Source of the DNA: Terrimicrobiaceae bacterium
GTDB taxonomy: Bacteria; Verrucomicrobiota; Verrucomicrobiia; Chthoniobacterales; Terrimicrobiaceae
Length of the DNA stretch: 64,000 bases
Assembly (NCBI GenBank): GCA_044375335.1
Contig: JBILMW010000002.1
Span: 59 to 64,058, forward strand
Direction of reading: 5' to 3'
Position numbers and translations under genes: made by a program. Numbering within the stretch: the first letter of the stretch is position 1; each line of letters opens with the position of its first letter. The notes below the pieces were generated by a model. The model was not told where the DNA came from and did not search any database. It saw only the letters and a list, made by a program, of their open reading frames with translations. This document shows positions 19,034 to 26,754 of this stretch, piece after piece.

Positions 19034-19496
19034 TTGGCTCGCTCGACGCTCATTCATTGATGAACAGCCACTCCAAAGAACTGCAATCTCCGGTATTCAA
19101 GTCTCTGGTTTCAGGATTCCAGTTTCCCTTCCCCCAATTCCGTTAATTTTGTCAATTTTGTCTAAAAAATCCTGTTTCTCCTGCAAATCCTGTCATCCTG
19201 TCTAAAAAATTTTCTCTCCGTCAATACCATCGATACATGTCAAAATTCAGGTGTATCGAAAAAAAAGCATGAAATTTTTCCGATAGACTCTAAAATAATT
19301 ACATGAATCGAGCGATGAGAAGTAATGTGGCGTCGGACCTTGGGAAAAAATTGCAAAATGTTACTTTCCACTTTCAAATCTCTGTTTTTGTTTGTCCTTC
19401 ACTCGGCGGTCGCAGACCGCTGCTACAGATACCAGTTACCCGTCACGCTCTACGGCTTTTCCTCAATTCCGTAAATTTCGTTAATTCTGTCTAAAA

Positions 19497-20711
19497 ATGT
19501 TCGATTTTCTCATTATAGGCGCCGGGTTTTCCGGTTTAACCATGGCCGAGCGGCTCACGACGCAAATGGGCAAGCGTTGTTTGGTGGTGGACAAGCGCAA
19601 CCATATTGGGGGGAATGCTTATGACCATTATGATTCGCATGGCGTGCTCATCCACACCTATGGGCCGCATTATTTCCGGACGAATTCTCCGAGGATTCGC
19701 GAATACCTCTCACAATTTACGGAGTGGCATGCGGTGGACTACAAAATCCTCTCGCACACCGATGGCCGTTATTGGAATTTTCCCATCAATCTCAATACCT
19801 TCGAGCAACTTATCGGCCGTGCGTCGAAGACCGAAGAGATGGAGGCCTGGCTTGCGGAGAAGCGCATTCCGATAGAAAATCCCACGAATTCCGAGGAGGT
19901 CATCATTTCGCAGGTTGGCTGGGAGCTTTATGAGAAGTTTTTCAAAGGCTACACGCTCAAGCAATGGCGGCGGCATCCGAGAGAGCTGGATGCCAGCGTG
20001 TGCGGGCGCATTCCGATTCGCACGAACCGCGATGACCGCTATCTGATCGACGAGTTCCAGGCTCTCCCGAAGCACGGCTATACCAAGCTCTTTCAGAACA
20101 TGATCCATGCCTGCGGCGACAAGCTGGACCTGCGCTTGAACACCTCCTACCGCGATATTCTTCCGCAAGTGAAATTTAACCACCTCGTCTTCACTGGGCC
20201 GATTGATGAATTCTTCGACTTCCAACTCGGCCGCTTGCCCTACCGATCGCTCCGCTTCGAGGCGGAATCCTTCACGCCTGAAGAGCTCGCTACCAAACAT
20301 TTTGCATCCCCCCATTCCGAATTTCGCATTCCTGCTGGCCACTATCAACCGGCGATGCAAGTCAACTACCCTGGAGAGGAACCATTTACCCGCATTGTCG
20401 AAATCAAGCACGCCACAGGTCAGGATTGCCCGAACACCACGATCGTCCGCGAATACCCGGATGACTTTGGTCCCGGCAAGGAGCCCTACTACCCGATTCC
20501 TGCGCCAGACTCTTCAGCCCTCTACAAAAAATACAAAGAACTTGCCGACCAAGCTTCGCTGAAGCCAGACGCCTATTTGCCAAAAGATTGCGGATGCACC
20601 GGCATTTCCTTCATCGGCCGACTGGCGACTTACCGCTATTACAACATGGACCAAGTCGTCGGTATGGCCCTCAAGGAGTTTGAGGATGTGAGGAAAGATT
20701 CTCAGGGCTGA
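19497..20711 (+). CDS. glf: UDP-galactopyranose mutase
   Basis: MFDFLIIGAGFSGLTMAERL..VVDKRNHIGGNAYD...HTYGPHYFRTN...GRLATYRYYNMDQ, a classical UGM pattern. Confidence 0.9.
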   Translation: MFDFLIIGAGFSGLTMAERLTTQMGKRCLVVDKRNHIGGNAYDHYDSHGVLIHTYGPHYFRTNSPRIREYLSQFTEWHAVDYKILSHTDGRYWNFPINLNTFEQLIGRASKTEEMEAWLAEKRIPIENPTNSEEVIISQVGWELYEKFFKGYTLKQWRRHPRELDASVCGRIPIRTNRDDRYLIDEFQALPKHGYTKLFQNMIHACGDKLDLRLNTSYRDILPQVKFNHLVFTGPIDEFFDFQLGRLPYRSLRFEAESFTPEELATKHFASPHSEFRIPAGHYQPAMQVNYPGEEPFTRIVEIKHATGQDCPNTTIVREYPDDFGPGKEPYYPIPAPDSSALYKKYKELADQASLKPDAYLPKDCGCTGISFIGRLATYRYYNMDQVVGMALKEFEDVRKDSQG

Positions 20712-20789
20712 TCGAATTTCAGCCTTCAAGTGTCAGCTTTCCGTTTTTTCCTCAAAAATTCTATTAATTCTGTTCATTCTGTCTAAAAA

Positions 20790-21818
20790 ATGTTGAAACA
20801 ACTCAAACAAGCCCTTCGCGATATCGGCGTTGGATTTTTTCGGCTCATCGGCTCCGAAATTCGCGACTGCCGAACGGGCAAGCCGCTCGGACGGGGTTTG
20901 ATTTTTTATTGGGGCGGGCGAGTGCATTTGTTGGGCTGCGATTGCGCCGTCGTGCCGCTGCCCATAGCTCAGAAGCGTCTGACCTATTGGAAGCAATTGA
21001 TTGGCTTTACAGCTCATCCGGAGGTAGATTTTCCAAAACAGCACGCAGTTTCGGCTGACGAGCCAGACAAAGTCCTTCTCGTGCTCCTCGATCATCGCGA
21101 TCCGGCATCAGTCAAAAAAACCATTTCTCTTTGGAAAAAAGCGGGTTTTGAGAGCGAGAATGTGCTCTTAGCTTATGGTGGAGGGCGGGATTCCTTCGAC
21201 AAAATCACCCACCCCAACAAATTTCTTCTCACCGAGTCAAGGCATAGAACATCGGACCATCAGCGGGAGAGGCAAGGCTATCGTGAGATTTTTTTACGCG
21301 TCAGTGAATGGCTGCCTAGCCGCTCTTTCACGCACATCCTTTTTCAGGAATACGACCACCTCCCGATGATTGCCGATTTACCTGCACGCATGCTGCGCTG
21401 CCTCGCTGCGGAAAACGCGGACATTCTCGCATACCACTTGGGACGGGTGGATGCCTCTACGAACCCGCATTGGCTGTCCACGGTCTCTGAGACCTACGAC
21501 CAACCGGTAGCGCTATCCATGCTTGGAACCGGCCACTTTTGGACACGCCAGGCTTGGGAGGCCGTTTCAGCGGATGGTGTGCTTGCAAGTTGGTATTTGG
21601 AGCTTGACATTCCCACCACGGCGCATCGCTTGAGCTACAGGATCAGAGAAATTCCATCGCAGGGCAGATTCGTCCAAAATCTGGTCTCGAACCGCCCCTC
21701 GCCTTATGATGCACAAAAACATGGAGCTTGGACACTTCACCCTGTAAAAGACCCCACTACCTTCGCAATCGTAGAAAAGCACTTGAACACTCAACCCGTT
21801 AATTCCAATTGTGGATAG
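20790..21818 (+). CDS. hypothetical protein (342 aa)
   Basis: Long ORF preceded by the same leader motif as glf (CTGTCTAAAAAATG). The 3' end overlaps the exosortase start by 8 nt. No family recognised. Confidence 0.55.
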   Translation: MLKQLKQALRDIGVGFFRLIGSEIRDCRTGKPLGRGLIFYWGGRVHLLGCDCAVVPLPIAQKRLTYWKQLIGFTAHPEVDFPKQHAVSADEPDKVLLVLLDHRDPASVKKTISLWKKAGFESENVLLAYGGGRDSFDKITHPNKFLLTESRHRTSDHQRERQGYREIFLRVSEWLPSRSFTHILFQEYDHLPMIADLPARMLRCLAAENADILAYHLGRVDASTNPHWLSTVSETYDQPVALSMLGTGHFWTRQAWEAVSADGVLASWYLELDIPTTAHRLSYRIREIPSQGRFVQNLVSNRPSPYDAQKHGAWTLHPVKDPTTFAIVEKHLNTQPVNSNCG

Positions 21819-22878
21819 TTACATGTCGCAAATGCGATCACATGCCTCAGATCGTCAGCTCATCGCGCTGGCGATAGCTTGGCTTGTGCCTTTTTTACTT
21901 TTTGCCTTCATCCCTTATTCCCAAGGCTATGGAGAAGTTCCCGAGTCGGCGTTCAAGCAATTTTTAAACATCTCCAAAAGCAGCGGAGACTGGGGGCATT
22001 GCTTGTTCGTTTTTCCCGTGGCGGTCCTTATCTTCATCCACACTATCCACCAAAAACCCCTACCGACGCCATCGTCTTCTTGGCTTGGTTTTGTTTCGGT
22101 TATTACAGCGTTTGCCTGCTTTTGGGCGGGGCAGCGTATGGGCACCCACTTCATCGGATTCTTTGCCTTTCAAGGAATGGTGATCGGAACAATTTGGTTT
22201 CTGATGGGTTGGAGAACGGTTTTATTTTTTGGCTTTCCGCTGATCTTCCTTGCTTTTGCCTGGCCGGTGCCGTTTCTGGACAACTACATCGCCTTTCCCC
22301 TCCGCATGCTGATGTCGCATGCGGCGGTTTTTTCGTTGGATTTCATTGGTATCGATGTGGTGAGGAATGGCACGGGTATCCTTTCGGCGCCGGAGCCGTT
22401 GCTGGGGATTCCGGCGGGGAAAAAGTTTGCAGTGGATGTGGCGGATCCGTGTTCTGGCATTAGGTCGCTTTTTTCGCTGATGATGGCGAGTGCGCTTTAC
22501 GGCCATATGGCGATGAAAAATTGGTGGCAGAAATGGATTCTTTTCCTGTGCTCGGCACCGCTAGCCATTGCGGGAAATCTGGCGCGGATTCTCATGCTGA
22601 CGATTGGCACGATTGTGTTCGGGTCGGAGTTTGCCATTGGCAAAAATCCTCTCACCGATCCTTCATGGTTCCATGTTATTGCGGGTTTGCTTGTCTTCGC
22701 CGTGGCCTTGGGCGGGATGGTTGGCATTTCCAAAATCCTGCTGAACGCCTCATACATTCGGGAATTCCTGACGCAAGGCATGAGATCGCTCTTTCGGCAA
22801 CGGACTCCCGCTACCGCGCTACGGCCCCCTCCACCGCCTTCGAGATCCATGCAAAAAAAGACCGAGGACGACTACTGA
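21811..22878 (+). CDS. exosortase (EpsH/Xrt family)
   Basis: Polytopic membrane protein with the hallmark DPCSGIRSL (catalytic Cys) and AGNLARI (Asn/Arg) motifs of exosortases/archaeosortases. Start is GTG 21811 or ATG 21823. Confidence 0.8.
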   Translation: MDSYMSQMRSHASDRQLIALAIAWLVPFLLFAFIPYSQGYGEVPESAFKQFLNISKSSGDWGHCLFVFPVAVLIFIHTIHQKPLPTPSSSWLGFVSVITAFACFWAGQRMGTHFIGFFAFQGMVIGTIWFLMGWRTVLFFGFPLIFLAFAWPVPFLDNYIAFPLRMLMSHAAVFSLDFIGIDVVRNGTGILSAPEPLLGIPAGKKFAVDVADPCSGIRSLFSLMMASALYGHMAMKNWWQKWILFLCSAPLAIAGNLARILMLTIGTIVFGSEFAIGKNPLTDPSWFHVIAGLLVFAVALGGMVGISKILLNASYIREFLTQGMRSLFRQRTPATALRPPPPPSRSMQKKTEDDY

Positions 22879-22905
22879 CGCGCCCTGCACGCATTCTCCC
22901 CCCAA

Positions 22906-22941
22906 CAAAAAAAAGACCACCTGACACGGTGGTCTTTTTTA
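22906..22941. terminator. rho-independent, potentially bidirectional terminator
   Basis: A-tract, then stem AGACCACC (22914-22921), loop TGACAC, stem GGTGGTCT (22928-22935), then a T-tract. Lies directly after the exosortase stop. Confidence 0.8.
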
Positions 22942-23040
22942 CTATTCAGGACTGCGTCTCGACCCCGCTCTGCAAGCGGGCACCTGCAACGATCTCAATT
23001 TCCTTCTCTGAGCAGGAGCGCCTGCATAGGATGTCCTGCT

Positions 23041-23721
23041 GTGGCCCATACGCCTGATACCATCATTCGCAATTACGAGCCCCGCGACCGTGCAGCGGTG
23101 CGGCGGCTTTGTTGCGAAACGGGTTTTCTCGGCAAGCCGATCGATCCGGTTTTCGAGGACCGCGAGCTCTTCGCCGACTACCTCACCGCCTACTACACCG
23201 ATGTGGAGCCTGAGGCGGCGTTTGTGCTTGAGCAGGACGGCGTGGTCAAAGGCTACCTCCTTGGCTCCCGGCGTCCGCTGCGCCACCAGTGGTATGGATT
23301 TTTCCAAAACCTCCGCCTCTTCGGCATCGGAATGCTCCGCTACAGGGGCTACAATGAGGCCACGCGCGGCTTCATCCGTTGGATTCTCAAAAATTCCTGG
23401 CGCGAAGTTCCTGCCGCACCCCGCCGCACGGCGCACTTTCATTTCAATGTCCTCCCCGAGGCGCAAAAACTCGCCACGACGCAGGCCATGACGAACAAGT
23501 ATTTCGACTTCCTCCGCGCGCATGGCGAGAAGGAGGTCTTCGGCCAAGTCGTCACCTTCGAGTCCCGGCGCGGCGCGAAGCTTTTCGAGCGATTCGGATT
23601 CCGCGTCGTCGAGAAGCGCGAGATCACCAAATACAGGGACAAACACCCCGAGCCGGTCTATCTCATGACCGTCATCAAAAACCTCGCCCTGCCCGATTCC
23701 CGCACGGTCGCGGGTCGTTAG
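23041..23721 (+). CDS. GNAT-family N-acetyltransferase
   Basis: IIRNYEPRDRAAVRRLCCETGFLG..., HFHFNVLPEAQ and a C-terminal RFGFRVV motif. GTG start. The longer antisense ORF 22942..23646 is rejected. Confidence 0.7.
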   Translation: MAHTPDTIIRNYEPRDRAAVRRLCCETGFLGKPIDPVFEDRELFADYLTAYYTDVEPEAAFVLEQDGVVKGYLLGSRRPLRHQWYGFFQNLRLFGIGMLRYRGYNEATRGFIRWILKNSWREVPAAPRRTAHFHFNVLPEAQKLATTQAMTNKYFDFLRAHGEKEVFGQVVTFESRRGAKLFERFGFRVVEKREITKYRDKHPEPVYLMTVIKNLALPDSRTVAGR

Positions 23722-23767
23722 AATCCGTCAAAAAACAATACAGGCTGCGCAGGATTTTTCGCGCAAA

Positions 23768-23803
23768 GACCAAATTTTTGGACGATCGTCCAAAAATTTT
23801 GTC
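23768..23803. repeat. 36-bp near-perfect palindrome GACCAAATTTTTGGACGA|TCGTCCAAAAATTTTGTC
   Basis: Read directly; one mismatch between the arms. Core is TTGGACGATCGTCCAA. Confidence 0.9.
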
Positions 23804-23940
23804 AAACGCTCACCGCCTGCGTTCTTGGCCTGGATTCCAAATTCAACCTCCTGCTTTTGCAAGAAAGACACCCCTTCAAAAAAAGTGCTTTCTTCAGACA
23901 TCCTGCACTTCTTTTTCCAGGAGTAACTTATAAACTGCCG

Positions 23941-23978
23941 CGACCAAAAATTTGGACGATCGTCCAAATTTTTGGTCG
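23941..23978. repeat. 38-bp perfect palindrome CGACCAAAAATTTGGACGA|TCGTCCAAATTTTTGGTCG
   Basis: Read directly. Same TTGGACGATCGTCCAA core, 174 bp centre-to-centre from the first copy and 177 nt upstream of the fabG ATG. Confidence 0.9.
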
Positions 23979-24154
23979 TTACGGACATGGATATTCCTGG
24001 TCATTGCGAGTTTGGGCGGCGAGGGGATTCGAAGGTTGAGATCGTTGGCGAAGCGGAGATGCGGCGCCTGAGCGCCGAGCGATGCGTTAGAAAAAATCGG
24101 ATGGAAATTTTTGTTTCCAATCCGCTTCGGCGGTGGTCTTCTGTGCCCTCCAGC

Positions 24155-24907
24155 ATGAGCACAAAACGATTTGAAAATCAGGTCGCCGTCGTCACCGGAG
24201 CAGGTCGCGGCATCGGCGAAGCCATCGCAAAACGCCTCGCCGCCGAAGGCGCGAAAGTCGCCGTCGTCAGCCGCACGGAATCCAACTCCGCACGCACGGC
24301 CGATGCCATCAACGCCGTCACGCCAGGTGCAGCCAAGCCCTACGCGGTGGATGTCGCCGACTTCGATGCCGTGCAGAAGACGGGAGATCAAATCCTCGCC
24401 GACTTCGGCCGTTGCGACATTCTGGTGAACAATGCCGGCATCACCCGCGACACACTCGCCATGCGCATGTCGAGCGACGATTGGGATGTCGTGCTCCAGA
24501 CCAATCTCAAAGGCGCCTTCAACTTCACCCGCGCCATCCTCCGCGCCATGGTCAAGCAACGCTCCGGCCGCATCATCAATATCAGCTCCGTGAGCGGACT
24601 CATGGGACTCGCCGGCCAGGCAAACTACGCCGCCAGCAAAGCCGGCCTCATCGGCATGACGAAGAGCATCGCCCGCGAAATCGCCAGCCGTGGCATCACT
24701 GTCAATGTCGTCGCCCCGGGTTTCATCGAGACCGACATGACCTCCGTGCTCAACGAAGAAGTCCGCAAAGGCGCTCTCTCGCAGATTCCAGTCGCTCGAT
24801 TTGGTGCGACGGATGACATCGCCGCCGCCGTGAGCTTCCTCGCCAGTGCCGAAGCCTCCTACATCAGCGGCCAAGTGCTCGCGGTGGATGGCGGCATGAG
24901 CATGTAA
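24155..24907 (+). CDS. fabG: 3-oxoacyl-[acyl-carrier-protein] reductase
   Basis: VAVVTGAGRGIGEAIA, NNAGITRD, YAASKAG and ITVNVVAPGFIETDMT. Start is ATG 24155 (MSTKRF), inside the longer ORF-track ORF. Confidence 0.85.
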   Translation: MSTKRFENQVAVVTGAGRGIGEAIAKRLAAEGAKVAVVSRTESNSARTADAINAVTPGAAKPYAVDVADFDAVQKTGDQILADFGRCDILVNNAGITRDTLAMRMSSDDWDVVLQTNLKGAFNFTRAILRAMVKQRSGRIINISSVSGLMGLAGQANYAASKAGLIGMTKSIAREIASRGITVNVVAPGFIETDMTSVLNEEVRKGALSQIPVARFGATDDIAAAVSFLASAEASYISGQVLAVDGGMSM

Positions 24908-24923
24908 AAAGCAGCCTCCCTCC

Positions 24924-25391
24924 ATGACCATCTACTTCCTGCGCCACGCTGAAGCCGAGGATCTGGCCGAGTCGGACTTCGACCGCAAACTCACGCCCAA
25001 AGGGCTGCAGCAGGCGGCGAAGGTTGGAAAATTCTGCGCCAATCATGGGCTCAATCCAGCTGTTATTTTGAGCAGTCCCGTGACCCGCGCCAGGCAAACA
25101 GCGGAGATCGTCGCTGAAACGCTCGGGCGCGAAGTCGCCATTGAAAGCTGGCTCGCCTGCGGGATGGAAACTTCCACCCTGCTTGCACGCCTCGCGCCCC
25201 ACGCTGCCAGCGACTCTGTCTTGCTCGTCGGTCACGAACCCGATTTCAGCACAACCATCGGCGAGCTTCTGGGAACTCCCGAACCAGCCGCCGTGCTGGT
25301 CAAAAAAGCCTCCCTCATCGCCATCGACGCCCCGTGGCTTGAGCCCGGCGCCGGCCAACTCCAGTTCTCCATTCCCTGCCGCCTGATGTGA
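24924..25391 (+). CDS. sixA: phosphohistidine phosphatase SixA-like (histidine phosphatase superfamily)
   Basis: 155 aa, with MTIYFLRHAEAE (RHG-type motif) and LLVGHEPD. Confidence 0.7.
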   Translation: MTIYFLRHAEAEDLAESDFDRKLTPKGLQQAAKVGKFCANHGLNPAVILSSPVTRARQTAEIVAETLGREVAIESWLACGMETSTLLARLAPHAASDSVLLVGHEPDFSTTIGELLGTPEPAAVLVKKASLIAIDAPWLEPGAGQLQFSIPCRLM

Positions 25392-25405
25392 ATCAATCCA
25401 GTCCC

Positions 25406-26611
25406 ATGAAAGCTCTGTTCCTCACCAACGAATATCCACCCCACATCTACGGCGGCGCCGGAGTTCATGTCGAATACCTCAGCCGCGAACTCGCCAAGCT
25501 CATGCCTGTCGATGTCCGCTGCTTCGGCGACCAAAACACCTCCTTAGGGCAACTCTCCGCCCAAGGCTTCGGCCTCGACGCAGCCGGGTGGACATCTCCG
25601 AAACAGCTTCAATCCGTCTTCGGTGCTCTCCAGCGCTGCCTCAATTTCAACACTGCCAACATCGACGCCGGCGTCGTGCACTGCCACACTTGGTATGCCC
25701 ACTTCGGCGGCATCCTCGCCAAGCTGAACTACGGCATTCCCCTCGTCATCACCGTCCACTCGCTCGAGCCGCTCCGGCCCTGGAAACGCGAGCAACTCGG
25801 CGGCGGCTATGATTTCACCTGCTGGCTTGAGCGCACAGCCCTCGAAATGGCCGACGCCGTCATCGCCGTCTCCGAAGGCACCCGCCGCGATGTGGAAAAA
25901 CTTTTCCAGATCGACCCCTCCCGCCTGCACATCATCTACAACGGCATCGACCCCGCCGAATACCAAGCCGTCGCAACACACAGCGTGCTGGACCGCTTCG
26001 GTATCGACCCTGCCAAACCTTACGCCCTCTTCCTCGGCCGCATCACCCGCCAGAAAGGCATCATACACCTCGTCAACGCCATCAAGCACCTCGACCCCGG
26101 CTTCCAAATCGTCCTCTGCGCCGGAGCGCCCGACACACCCGAGATCGCCGCTGAAATGAAAGCCGCCGTAGCCCAAGCCCAAAGCCAACGCGACGGCATC
26201 ATCTGGATCGACCAGATGCTCGACAACAAATCCAAGATCGAACTCTACAGCCACGCCGGCGTTTTCGTGTGCCCCTCGATCTACGAGCCCTTCGGCATCA
26301 TCAACCTCGAAGCCATGGCCTGCGGACGCGCCGTCGTGGCCAGCGCCGTCGGCGGCATCCCCGAAGTTGTCGTCCATGGTGAAACCGGCTACCTCGTCCC
26401 CGTCGAGCAAATGACCGAGAGCCCGTTCGAACCGGTCAACCCCGAAAAATTCTCCCGCGACCTCGCCACGCGCATCAACGAAATCATGGCCGACCCCGCG
26501 AAACAAAAAGCCTTCGGCAACGCCGGGCGCCAGCGCGCCATCGACACCTTCTCCTGGGCCTCCATCGCCAAACAAACCAAAGCCCTCTACGAAACCCTCG
26601 CAGCATCGTAA
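25406..26611 (+). CDS. GT4 glycosyltransferase, actinobacterial-type glycogen synthase-like
   Basis: MKALFLTNEYPPHIYGGAGVHVEYLSREL, LFLGRITRQKG and YEPFGIINLEAMACGRAVVASAVGGIPEVVVHGETGYLV. Confidence 0.75.
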   Translation: MKALFLTNEYPPHIYGGAGVHVEYLSRELAKLMPVDVRCFGDQNTSLGQLSAQGFGLDAAGWTSPKQLQSVFGALQRCLNFNTANIDAGVVHCHTWYAHFGGILAKLNYGIPLVITVHSLEPLRPWKREQLGGGYDFTCWLERTALEMADAVIAVSEGTRRDVEKLFQIDPSRLHIIYNGIDPAEYQAVATHSVLDRFGIDPAKPYALFLGRITRQKGIIHLVNAIKHLDPGFQIVLCAGAPDTPEIAAEMKAAVAQAQSQRDGIIWIDQMLDNKSKIELYSHAGVFVCPSIYEPFGIINLEAMACGRAVVASAVGGIPEVVVHGETGYLVPVEQMTESPFEPVNPEKFSRDLATRINEIMADPAKQKAFGNAGRQRAIDTFSWASIAKQTKALYETLAAS

Positions 26612-26614
26612 TTT

Positions 26615-26750
26615 TGGGAGGGGCATCGTCTCGCATGTCCCAAGTTTCAGCCGCGAAGCGGCGTTCGGCGTAATGGGAACGGGACGGCGTGGTAGTAGAG
26701 CGGTTCAGTCTTGGGTCAAGCCGGCGGTTGACCCTCCAAAAGTCGGCGCG
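26615..26750. repeat. roughly 135-bp structured intergenic repeat, copy A
   Basis: Aligns with 30398..30550. Shared blocks: TGGGAGGG, CATCGTC..TCGCATG, TTTCAGCCGC.AAGCGGCG, GGCGTAATGGGAACG.GACGG and AGCGGTTCAGTCTTGGGTCAAGCCGG.GGTTGACCCTCCAA. Contains the hairpin GGGTCAA/TTGACCC. Confidence 0.85.
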
Positions 26751-26754
26751 CTTC

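Noticed and set aside
19230-19268. Hairpin TCGATACA-N14-TGTATCGA in the 19.0-19.5 kb intergenic region, as a possible terminator
   Set aside because: It is followed by an A-run on the plus strand, and on the minus strand the T-run precedes the stem. Neither orientation gives a canonical intrinsic terminator.
20733-21095. ORF 20733..21095(-), 120 aa, antisense to the start of the hypothetical gene
   Set aside because: It overlaps a longer plus-strand ORF that has the conserved leader motif and is coupled to the exosortase. No motif or start context supports it.
25544-26626. Long antisense ORFs in GC-rich genes: 25544..26626(-), 23894..24931(-), 22942..23646(-), 19710..20411(-), 43251..44051(+), 49693..50829(+), 59807..60970(-), 50953..51681(-) and 45480..46070(+)
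   Set aside because: Each is the mirror frame of a gene with clear family motifs (GT4, fabG, GNAT, glf, livG, aminotransferase, anSME, holA, livH). Their Arg/Gly/Ala/Asp-rich, motif-free translations are typical shadow ORFs of high-GC DNA.
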